A DNA stretch of 64,000 nucleotides. Source: Candidatus Latescibacterota bacterium (lineage in GTDB: Bacteria > Latescibacterota > UBA2968 > UBA8231). The first letter of the stretch is position 1. Each line of letters starts with the position of its first letter. The translations under genes were made by a program, and so were the position numbers. Location: contig OZ242318.1 of the NCBI GenBank assembly GCA_965208105.1, positions 4,032,001 to 4,096,000 of the forward strand, given 5' to 3'. Shown one piece after another: positions 48,501 to 56,660 of the stretch. The notes beneath the pieces were generated by a model that did no database searches, was not told the origin of the DNA, and saw nothing but the letters and a program-made list of their open reading frames with translations.

Positions 48501-49831
48501 TGGGCGTTGGTCCCGGATATCCCGAAGGAATTCACTCCAGCTGCCCGCGGCCGTCCGCCGCGGGGCGGCAAGTCCATCATGTCCGATGTCACCTTCAATG
48601 GCAACCGGTCCCAGTCGAGGCTCGGGTCGGGATCCCGAAAGTGGAGATGTTGGGGAATCACACCCCGCTTCAGCACCAGTGCCGCCTTAATCAGCCCGGC
48701 CACGCCTGCAGCCGACTCCAAATGGCCGATGTTGGTTTTCACCGAGCCGATCAGCAGGGGCTTGTCCGGTTCGCGTCCCCTTCCATAGACCGTGGTCACG
48801 GCGTTGACCTCGATCGGATCGCCCACCGTCGTACCGGTCCCGTGCGCCTCCAGGTAATCCACTTCCGACGGCGGGATTCCCGCCTGCGACAGCGCCGCTT
48901 CCATCACCTGTTCCAGCGCCGGGGCGTTGGGGACCGTCAGTCCGGTACTGGCCCCGCCGTTGTTCACCGCCGCGCCCCGGATCACCGCCCAGATCCGGTC
49001 GCCGTCCGCCTCCGCCTCTTCCAGCCGCTTCAGGATCACGATCCCGCACCCCTCACCCCGCACGTAACCGTTCGCGGAAGCGTCGAAGGTCTTGCACTGC
49101 CCATCCGGAGACAGCATCATCGCATCCGCGCGCAGTTCGTAGATGAGACCATTCAGGAGGACCTGTACGCCGCCTGCGATGGCCAGATCCGCCTTGCCCT
49201 GCTGAAGGTCCGCTACCGCGTCATGGACCGACACCAGGGAAGACGCGCAGGCGGCGTCCACCGCCTTCGCCGGTCCCATGAGACCCATGACGAAAGAGAC
49301 CCGGCCGCTGGCACCGTTGAGGTTGGTGCCGCTGAGGGCGTAGAGGCACCCGGCCGCCTCCGAGGGCTTGCTCGACTCCAGAACAAGCATGCGGTACTCG
49401 TCGTTGCTGATGCCTGTGTAGACGCCGGTAAGGCTTCCTCTCAGTCCCTCGGGATCGATCCCCGCGTCCTCGAGAGCTTGCCAACTCGTCTCCAGCATGA
49501 GCCGCTGTTGCGGATCCAGAAGTTGCGCCTCGACCGGCGAGATCCGGAAAAACTCCGCGTCAAACAGGTCGACGTCGTCGACGAGGGCGCCGTAACGGCA
49601 ACATTCGCTCTGCACCGTGCCTTCGGGAAATAGCTGGCCCCAGCGCCCGTCTCCGGAGCCTGGAACGCCTTCCTTGACCGCGTTCCCGCCGGCCTCGAGC
49701 AAGCGCCAGAAGGACGCGAGGTCCTCGGCGCCGGGGAAGCGGCAGGCCATTCCCACGATGGCTATCGGATGGTTGGGTGGGACTGGCCTTTTCCCGGAAG
49801 AGCTGGATGGTTGCCTGGGATCGGTTTGCAT
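39569..49831 (-). CDS. Type I PKS/FAS, sup-type (SupA-like): KS-AT-DH-cMT-ER-KR-ACP-KS-AT0
   Basis: KS1 DAACASS/HGTGT/GHLE; AT GHSIG/RAFHS; DH HRVFGRVVAP; MT EVGAGTG; ER HAGAGGVG; KR GGLGGIG; ACP GMDSL; KS2 ELNCASS; terminal AT with GQG in place of GHS. Confidence 0.93.
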   Translation of the reverse strand: MQTDPRQPSSSSGKRPVPPNHPIAIVGMACRFPGAEDLASFWRLLEAGGNAVKEGVPGSGDGRWGQLFPEGTVQSECCRYGALVDDVDLFDAEFFRISPVEAQLLDPQQRLMLETSWQALEDAGIDPEGLRGSLTGVYTGISNDEYRMLVLESSKPSEAAGCLYALSGTNLNGASGRVSFVMGLMGPAKAVDAACASSLVSVHDAVADLQQGKADLAIAGGVQVLLNGLIYELRADAMMLSPDGQCKTFDASANGYVRGEGCGIVILKRLEEAEADGDRIWAVIRGAAVNNGGASTGLTVPNAPALEQVMEAALSQAGIPPSEVDYLEAHGTGTTVGDPIEVNAVTTVYGRGREPDKPLLIGSVKTNIGHLESAAGVAGLIKAALVLKRGVIPQHLHFRDPDPSLDWDRLPLKVTSDMMDLPPRGGRPRAAGVNSFGISGTNAHLVVEEYRGSNGTPVDDGWAMGPAQPVAIAVPATMADLPLPEGEVQPRRTRLLPLSGKSEAALRDLGGRYLAWLDEQAGETASQGEALLADMAWTAGVGRSHFAHRAGVVFSDSASLRQGLSALAESGRGPAAQSPSKVAFVYTGQGSQWVGMGRSLYESEPVVRAVLDRCEAVLLRERGTSLLDVMFGRPGGEGELGQTEWEQPALYALECALTALWSSLGIRPDVVVGHSIGELAAAQTAGVLSLEDGMRFAAVRGTLMSQMGEGGMAAVFASPELVASAVEAVNAASSDAGLSISGYNGTHQVVSGPIVDIEAISNRFEQEGVRVRRLNTTRAFHSVLVEPILDELESSLEGMAIQPPSLTVVSNLTGRAVEPGQAQDGTYWRRHAREPVAFAQGVETLGGLGVDVVLEIGPRSVLAPMAASSWPGSPSTPAPVVLSSLSPPSGDETESESGDGFVGAVGEAYQAGLPIRFGGLFAGETRRRISLPGYPFQRERHWVEAPKGPKRGSGHPLLGLRHESARGEITFETEVFPSDPVWMNDHRVFGRVVAPGALYGAMAASAATVEGVGPVVVENMQLHNPLVFEEEDGTSEEGRKMQVVVDASEQASSPAVQIFSKGSEGEWMVHVEGSMASGSPAVEAGGRIDLENLKSGLSPVDLAGYYRHRASTGVDLGPFFRTLEKAWSSPGEALGEVSLPESLTRHGLDFHPLVLDGCFQVFGVARNLAGTEGGATYLPFGWERLWLAGRLPDRVICHVRLSAASRDAEATPGEPPEVLSGELKFYDPNGGPLGGISGYSVKRATREALLSAVQGVKDLLYEVVWRERDLPSGITPADFFPSPAAVAEGSQLFAGYLTDAGVDPGDRDALLEDLERWSRSRALATLEELGWQRRAGETVDPEELRSQLNVLSEHERLFRRLFEMLARSGVVKETDTGFTVAVGPEDPLPGEMPGDLEEFASRMADRHPHGLTEIGLFRRSGRALAEVLRGGADPLTLLFSSGEPTAADLYLKAPVARAANRMLAEAVRALVASLPAGRRLRVIEVGAGTGSATASVLPELPEGQFDYVYTDISAGFFAEAEARFGDGGGCIEYRPLDIEKDPISQGFDSHGYDLLIASNVLHATRYLEETLGHCRDLLAPSGQLVALENLSGLGWMDLTFGQLDGWWRFADDYRPHHALASPAVWRQALGNAGFEAVEVLGPDESDPSRTPDKGVIVAQGPAEVAEPTGVWVLAGDQGGLAEKLATDLAARNQAVVLASSDAPEEKGPVAGGPGVFRTAVEMNRRESWQSLVTSLPDDLPLSGVVHLAGLDGHGAQATTGEMAEDVRRAGASALALVQGVIDSDAVPANGVWMITRGAQLLERERGGELAGATLWGFGKAIAREAAHLQPKMIDLDPGEMAPAPDLVRELLYPDAENHIAYRSGSRRVARLVRSGAEAERLSLPEEPDWVLAPDPAGVFDRPYVHPLPAPALEPREVRVAVEAAGLNFWDVFRSLGFIEEGLLGREMCGHILEVGSEVSTVSAGDPVVGLGFGAFGPQMITREELVAPAPSGFSVSGLATVPSAFVSAALSFELSGLEAGERVLIHAGAGGVGLAAIQLVQAAGAEVFATASAPKQAYLRSLGVEHIFDSRNTAFGTEILEATGGAGVDVVLNSLTGEGFIDASLSCLRQGGRFVEMARRDILSEEEMAAVRPDVAYAILELDVLKKTEPAWVGRVLREVMERLSAGELKPIIHSRWPLAEAGAALSFMRSARHLGKIVVTPTPLLKGRLRQDRTYLVTGGLGGIGCAVAGWLADHGAGVIVLNGRRPPDAEAEEAIGHLRERGLTVQVELADVTDTAAIDQMLTRIDATLPPLGGVIHSVGVLSDGALSNQSWERFETVLWPKILGAWHLHRATEDRDLDLFILFSSRVGVMGNPGQANHAAANAFLDQLAGHRRAQGLPGQAIAWGAWSEIGEAAEQRDRIDRQRSALGGRWFTPQQGLQAFDQLVRQDSTASVVMAMDWSVFEEAVEDRPPFLEDLLSVASDDEASPASSEDLLSRLREAPAREELLATFLQQEVQAVLRLPTEPEPTVGFFDLGMDSLMAVELRNRLNRAFSEEYVVPNTVVFDYPDIAALARHLAGELGETGSAPAPQIQPQPEPRPTVHGEEDGIAIVGMACRFPGAPDLPAFWHQLEAGADAVTDGRGDSGSWADLAEDLPADYAAYRQGGFVEGLEQFDSRFFRIAPIEARLMDPRQRMLLETSWQALEDAGIDPDRLRGSRTGIYAGISTSEYRDLMAGGDYGVSYLGTAGSMTVGRVSFALGLEGPTIPVELNCASSLVAVHYAVSALQQGEVDMALVGGAQAVLSPDLTREMAELGMLSASGRCRAFDAAADGFVRSEGCGMIVLKRLSEAEADGDRIWGVILGSAVNQNGASAGPTVPNGPAQERVIEEALKRGGVAPEEVDYLEAHGSGSGFGDPIEVQAEAAVYGRDREADRPLLIGSVKTNIGHLEPAAGVASLIKTVLAMKRGVIPPNLHFRDPNPHLDWDQLPVRVVAAVTDWPSNNGRPPRAGVSAFGISGTNSHVVVEGYGEETGVESSDGFLPRGTAREITVSLPEPMADLTLSEEEFRGRGTRVLPLSGKAEGALRALAGAYLSWLEERAEELADAGTAETVLADMAWTAGMGRSHFDCRASVVFRDVESLRDGLKTIAEADERPQPQPPTKVAFAYGGEGSQWVGVGQDLYESEPVARAVLDRCDAQLREDRGASLLEVMFGRAGTEGALDDPEWTQPALYALECALTALWASVGIRPGAVVGQGVGEVAAAQAAGLFSLEEGLRLAGTRNAKHPLERIAVAPPSIPLVSSVSGRVIKEEDAPDDAYWQRQARESMAFGQCLETLAELGVQAIVEIAPEAVLGPMVARSRTQSADAVETPVVLSSLRPDCQWGDGFVASVAQAYQAGMAISFAGLFAGETRRRVSLPGYPFQRRRHWIEAGADSSTEG

Positions 49832-49893
49832 GATCTTTCCTCGTGCTCATCATTCAAGGCATTTTATTTTCCTCGCATCTCGCATAACAAAAA

Positions 49894-49948
49894 ATAATTA
49901 CAAAAGGGTGGGAACGCAGTGATATAATTACAGGCGGGCGGGAACGCA
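49894..49948. repeat. Tandem imperfect direct repeat with 30-bp period upstream of the PKS
   Basis: ATAATTACAAAAGGGTGGGAACGCA (49894-49918) vs ATAATTACAGGCGGGCGGGAACGCA (49924-49948), 21/25 identical. Confidence 0.75.
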
Positions 49949-50154
49949 TGGGGAATCCGTAATTTGGTGAAGAAACCCGCGGGTAGGCTTGGAAGGACCC
50001 GACGGGGTTGATCCAAGATAGAAGGGCCGGCATAATGGACGGCACTGAAACGGGGATCGCCGGTGGGCAGCCTATCGGGGTCGTGGGGGCCCACGTCTGC
50101 ACTGCCATGACCGTGGCTGAGTTCGGGGAAGGGGATCCCCGGAAACCCGGGGGA

Positions 50155-52767
50155 CTATTTCAGCAGCATAATCCCCATGGAGCGCTTGCCCTGGGCGGTG
50201 CTCAGGAGGGCCTGGTAGCGCCCGCTGGCCAGGGGTCGTCCCGCCTGGTCGGTTCCGTCCCAGGCGATTTCATAGACGCCGGGGAGTCTGTGGCCCTGGT
50301 CGATTACTCTGATCAACTGGCCGAGGCTGTTGTGGATGCTCAGACTCACCGGTCCCGGGGCCCCCAGTCGGAAGGGGATGGCCGTATGCAGATTGAAGGG
50401 ATTGGGATGATTGGGCAGAAGGATGAGCCGGCCGGCGTGCTCGGGCTCGGGGGCTACTGCCGTGGGCCAGCCCTCTGAGGTGGAGAGGATGTGATTATCG
50501 GCCAGGTGGACCTGGGTCAGCCGAGCTGCCCCGTGTGGTGTCCCGGCCTCCGGGTAGAAGCGCAGCAGCTCGCCCGCCCCGCGGGCGGGACGCGCCCCGG
50601 CAAAGGCCACTCGGGTGCCGCCGTCCAGGTGGCGGTAGTCCAGCAGGAATTCCGCCAGGTCGCGGCCCAATTCGACCCGGCCGCGGGCTCCCTCCAGCAT
50701 CAGGCGGCCTGAAGGGGCGGCTGAACGCTCGGCCATCCACACGGCCAGATAGCCAGGATGGGCCCTCAGGGCAAGCCGGGGAACGGGGGAAACTCCCTTG
50801 GTCCCCGGCCTGGGCGCAATTTGGGGATGGTTGTCTGCCTCGTCCTCCTGGACCGGGAATCGGCGGATCAGGCCAACCCGATGCTGGAGGATGAGAGAGG
50901 CGTCCAGGGGAGAGATGCTTCCGCCGGCGGAATCGAAGGCGCGGGCGTCGACGTTGGCGGCCAGTGAATCGAGACCGGTCAGGAAGGGCTCCAGCACGTG
51001 GGACAGGACCTGGGCGGCGTCGAAGGTCTGCAGCCGGCGGTTGCCGTCGGCGTCGCCGAAGAGGCCGACGATGGTTGTGGCAGCGGTTCGCGCCTCCGGG
51101 ACACCGGTCAGGGTGAGGGCGTCCTCGTAGCGCACTTCGACCCGGTCGCTGCGGGCGACGGCCAGGACGCCCTCCGACGCAGTCGGAGCCAATGGCAGCC
51201 GACCTGCAAACCGGCTGTCGTCGACGCCCGCCTCCTGCAACCTTACCAGGAGGGGACTCCCGGCGGCGTTGCGCCGGGCTTCCACGTCCACCTGCTCGCG
51301 CACCGTGGGATCCAGGTTGAGGTCAGGGTCGGTCACCAGAATCCGCAGGGTATCGCCCGGTTCGGCTGCGAAGGTGGCGGCCAGGCGGCCATCCTCGCCC
51401 CCTACCGCTAGCGAAACGCAGTGCAGCGACACACCTCCAGCCGCGTCCAGCGAATCGTCGTAGCAGGCGTTTACCGAGCTCCCCTGCCCCACTTCGATCA
51501 GTCCGTTCCCGGGCACGGGAGTTCCGCGGACGGTACTGAAGGTGCCCCGAAACAGCCCGGTCCCGGCGTCGATCTCGACCAGGTTCACCAGCTCGCTGTC
51601 GCCCCCGCCTTCAAGGCGTACCGTCAGCAGGTCGGAAGACCCGGGGTCCCGGTCCTCGTCGGCGTCCCGGGCTATCAGGATCAACCCCGTCCCGGGGAAG
51701 AGGAGCAGTGGATCGGCTTCCAGGGTGCCGGTGACGCCCGTCCACCGAAGTTTCCCATCGGTCTTGGAGACCTCCGGGGTGCCGTCGTTGAGCTGGGCGT
51801 GGGTCAGATAGAGAGGGGCCGTGGTGACCCGTCGGAGGTCCGCGGCGTCGAAGGAGAGGAGCACCAGGGTTCCGTCCTCCGCCAGCGGGTCCCCCGTGGA
51901 GGCCAGGCCGATTTTGAGGGTATTGAAGTCGGTTCCCACCACCCTGTTCTCTTGGAGGATCCAGCCGGAGGTCATATCGGTGCGGGCAACCGCCGCCGGG
52001 GCGGCGGTCAACAGGTCGGGGTGATAGGCGACGAAGAGCTCGACGGCGACAATGCCCTGGCCCGCGACCCCGGTCAGCCGCACGGGAAGATCAATGCGCG
52101 CCCCGTGGGACACCGTCGTATCGGGAAGGATGAGCCGGGGTCCCGAGAAAGGAGGCGGACCGCTCCCCGGCGCGGAGGCCGAGGCGACCCCGGGGGTGGG
52201 GTTCTCCTGTGGGGTGAAATCGGCAAGGTTGTCGTCGCTGTCGGCCCCATCGGCCGTCCGTGACAGGCTCCAGCCAGCGTTCACCTGAGGCGCGGGGTTC
52301 CCTTCGCCGGAGTTATGCTGCCCGGCATCTCCGTACTGGAGGGCGTCCACGATCTGGTCCTGGGGGTCGCGCAACTGGATCGCGTCGGGGCCGTTCTGCC
52401 AGTCCACGTTGGCCGTAAGGTCGCGGTGGGTCAGGGCCGCCCCGGTGGAATTTTCATGGGCCACGACCAGGACGCCGTCGGCTGGAATCGTCGCCCCGTC
52501 CAGAGGGATGGTGCGGTAAGTCTCCCCGCTGTTGCCGTTGACGCCGACCAGGCTCCAGCCGTCGAGAGCCATCCCGGGCTGGCCGGTGATCTCGGTGAAG
52601 GCTTCCTCGGCATCGCTGCCGGATCCGTCGTAGAGCACCTCCTGAATGAGCGGCCCCGATGCGGTCTCGCCCCCGGCCGGGTGGGCGGTGCAAAGGGTCA
52701 AGGCCAGGAGAATCCCCTGGAGAAAGGAAACCTGGAGAGAGGGAAAAACCTCGGTGCGTGTCGTCAT
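50155..52767 (-). CDS. Secreted or surface protein: lamin-tail domain, cohesin, Ig-like repeats, dockerin-like, FlgD/T9SS-like C-terminal domain
   Basis: Signal-like N-terminus; IQEVLYD...QNGPDAIQL..VDALQYG; LPV.L....GIVAVEL..AY.PDLL...GTL..LSF; GDADGN....FDA; NHPNPFN...GQLIR...WDGTD..G..LASG.Y. Confidence 0.8.
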   Translation of the reverse strand: MTTRTEVFPSLQVSFLQGILLALTLCTAHPAGGETASGPLIQEVLYDGSGSDAEEAFTEITGQPGMALDGWSLVGVNGNSGETYRTIPLDGATIPADGVLVVAHENSTGAALTHRDLTANVDWQNGPDAIQLRDPQDQIVDALQYGDAGQHNSGEGNPAPQVNAGWSLSRTADGADSDDNLADFTPQENPTPGVASASAPGSGPPPFSGPRLILPDTTVSHGARIDLPVRLTGVAGQGIVAVELFVAYHPDLLTAAPAAVARTDMTSGWILQENRVVGTDFNTLKIGLASTGDPLAEDGTLVLLSFDAADLRRVTTAPLYLTHAQLNDGTPEVSKTDGKLRWTGVTGTLEADPLLLFPGTGLILIARDADEDRDPGSSDLLTVRLEGGGDSELVNLVEIDAGTGLFRGTFSTVRGTPVPGNGLIEVGQGSSVNACYDDSLDAAGGVSLHCVSLAVGGEDGRLAATFAAEPGDTLRILVTDPDLNLDPTVREQVDVEARRNAAGSPLLVRLQEAGVDDSRFAGRLPLAPTASEGVLAVARSDRVEVRYEDALTLTGVPEARTAATTIVGLFGDADGNRRLQTFDAAQVLSHVLEPFLTGLDSLAANVDARAFDSAGGSISPLDASLILQHRVGLIRRFPVQEDEADNHPQIAPRPGTKGVSPVPRLALRAHPGYLAVWMAERSAAPSGRLMLEGARGRVELGRDLAEFLLDYRHLDGGTRVAFAGARPARGAGELLRFYPEAGTPHGAARLTQVHLADNHILSTSEGWPTAVAPEPEHAGRLILLPNHPNPFNLHTAIPFRLGAPGPVSLSIHNSLGQLIRVIDQGHRLPGVYEIAWDGTDQAGRPLASGRYQALLSTAQGKRSMGIMLLK

Positions 52768-53305
52768 CGCCGGATCGCCTTTGAAATGGGAGAAATTCAA
52801 GGACCCTGGGGCGTCCTGCTTCAAGGCACAAACCGTGCCAGGGTACCTTCCAGGGTTTTCCGGATGTGGGTCAATCCCTTGGCCAACAAAAGGATGGGCG
52901 GGGAGGTGGACAGCAGATAAGGACATGCCGACTGTCACCGAAGCGGAGCACCAGGTGGTGACATTAGGAGACATGCCCCGGGTTGTCGATATTGGGTCCT
53001 GGCCCGGGTCCGGGACTGCCTGGAAGCTGGTGAGGGGAGGGCGGCGGGGCAATTCCTGCCTGTTCCCTGCTGGGCTCGCAGGCTGACCGCAAAGGATTGT
53101 TAGACACCTGGCGGGAAACAACCTATTTTTTCAGAGTCCGGGTGGGCAGGGGAACTACCCTGCCTCAGGAGGCCCGAAAGGTCTCTCTGCGCCGCAGCCT
53201 GGGCACATGCGGGGCCTGAGCTGTGAGGAAGTCCGAGGAAAATTGCTGCCCGGTCGAGGCAAGGCCGAAAACCTTCCTCGACGATAATGCCCATGGAGGA
53301 AAGCT

Positions 53306-53908
53306 TTGGAAAACGGGAGCGTCATAACATCCGTCCGCGGCCGCGGCGTGGTGGTGCGCGGGGCCGACATAGATACCGACCGCATCGTCCCCGCCCGCTT
53401 TCTGCGCACAGTGACCTTTGAGGACCTGGGTGCCCACGCCTTCGCGGACGAGCGCGCCGGAGGCCGCCATCCCTTCGACCAGGCGCGCTTTAAGGGGGCG
53501 TCCATCCTTCTGGCCAACGCCAATTTCGGCTGTGGTTCGTCGCGCGAACACGCCCCGCAGGCGCTTATGCGATGGGGTATCAGGGGTTTCGTCGCCGAGT
53601 CATTCGCCGAGATTTTTCAGGGCAACTGCATAGCCCTGGGGCTGCCCTGCGTGCGCCTGGAGGCCGGGGACATGCAGGGGCTGATGGCCGCCGTGGAGGA
53701 CCATCCGGAGCAGGAGCTGGTGGTCGACCTCGAAGGCCGCAGGGTGCGCTGGTCCGGGAGTGAAGCCGCGGCCGGGATTGGCGACGGCGCTCGCGAGCAG
53801 TTTCTCAGGGGAAGCTGGGACTCCCTGGGCCAGCTGTTGGCCGCTTCCGATCAGATCGAGGGCGCCGCCTCGAAGCTGCCCTACCTCGCGGGGTTCCGCA
53901 GGAGCTGA
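53306..53908 (+). CDS. leuD: 3-isopropylmalate dehydratase small subunit
   Basis: DIDTDRIVPARFL, NFGCGSSREHAP, SFAEIF.GN; TTG start with GGAGG SD. Confidence 0.96.
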   Translation: MENGSVITSVRGRGVVVRGADIDTDRIVPARFLRTVTFEDLGAHAFADERAGGRHPFDQARFKGASILLANANFGCGSSREHAPQALMRWGIRGFVAESFAEIFQGNCIALGLPCVRLEAGDMQGLMAAVEDHPEQELVVDLEGRRVRWSGSEAAAGIGDGAREQFLRGSWDSLGQLLAASDQIEGAASKLPYLAGFRRS

Positions 53909-53978
53909 TGCTGTGGAGAACGGTAAGATGGAGGACGCAGGATCACCAATTGGAACGAACAAGGACGGAGGAAAGTAA

Positions 53979-55037
53979 TTGCACAAAATCGCCGTACTAC
54001 CAGGAGACGGAACCGGCCCCGAGGTGGTGGCCGAAGGGCTGAAGGCACTAGATGCCGTCGCCCGCAAGACGAATTTCAAGTACGAGACCGCCAATTTCGA
54101 TTTCGGCGGCGACCGCTATCTGCGCACTGGCGAGGTTCTGCCCGATTCGGCCGTGGATGAGTTCAGGGGCTTCGACACCATCTACCTGGGGGCGATCGGC
54201 CATCCCGGGGTCAAGCCCGGCATCCTCGAAAAGGGAATTTTGCTGCGCCTGCGCTTCGAGCTGGACCAGTACATCAATCTGCGTCCGGTCAAGCTCTATC
54301 CCAACGTGGACACTCCCCTCAAGGACAAGGGACCCGAGGACATCGACTTCGTGGTGGTGCGCGAGAACACGGAGGGGATCTACACCGGCTCCGGCGGCTT
54401 CCACAAGAAGGGCACTCCGGACGAGGTCGCGGTCCAGGAGTCCATCAATACCCGGAAGGGGGTGGAGCGCTGCGTGCGCTACGCTTTCGACTACACCAGG
54501 AATCGCAACCGCAAGAAGACCCTGACCCTTTGCGGCAAGACCAACGTGCTTACTTTCGCCTTCGATCTGTGGGAGCGCACGTTCAACGAGGTGGGCGAGG
54601 CCGACTACGGGGATATCGACCGGGACTACGCCCACGTGGATGCCATCTGCATGTGGATGGTAAAGAACCCCGAGTGGTTCGACGTGATCGTCACCGACAA
54701 TATCTTTGGCGATATAATCACCGACCTGGGCGCGATGATCCAGGGAGGGATGGGGATTGCCGCGGGAGGCAATATCAATCCCGAGGGTGTTTCCATGTTC
54801 GAGCCCATCGGCGGCTCGGCCCCCAAATACACCGGAAAGAACGTCATCAATCCCATGGCGGCAATCGCCGCCTGCCAGCTTCTGCTGGACGTCCTCGGCG
54901 AGGCCGAGGGGGCGAGGATCCTCGAAGATGCCATCGTTTCCGTCCTGGGCAGGTTGGAGGATATGGGCGCAGGCAGGATGGGATTTTCCACCACGGAGGT
55001 GGGGGATATGGTGGCCCAGGCGGTGGCCGACGCCTAG
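53979..55037 (+). CDS. leuB: 3-isopropylmalate dehydrogenase
   Basis: PGDGTGPEV, NLRP, VRENTEG.Y, NIFGDIITD, FEP.GGSAP. Confidence 0.93.
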   Translation: MHKIAVLPGDGTGPEVVAEGLKALDAVARKTNFKYETANFDFGGDRYLRTGEVLPDSAVDEFRGFDTIYLGAIGHPGVKPGILEKGILLRLRFELDQYINLRPVKLYPNVDTPLKDKGPEDIDFVVVRENTEGIYTGSGGFHKKGTPDEVAVQESINTRKGVERCVRYAFDYTRNRNRKKTLTLCGKTNVLTFAFDLWERTFNEVGEADYGDIDRDYAHVDAICMWMVKNPEWFDVIVTDNIFGDIITDLGAMIQGGMGIAAGGNINPEGVSMFEPIGGSAPKYTGKNVINPMAAIAACQLLLDVLGEAEGARILEDAIVSVLGRLEDMGAGRMGFSTTEVGDMVAQAVADA

Positions 55038-55047
55038 GTCGATGGCG

Positions 55048-56655
<1,608 letters not shown>

Positions 56656-56660
56656 AGACC

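Noticed and set aside
49894-49948. Mini CRISPR array
   Set aside because: Only two units with a 5-bp gap, no spacers and no cas genes; no CRISPR array seen anywhere in the window.
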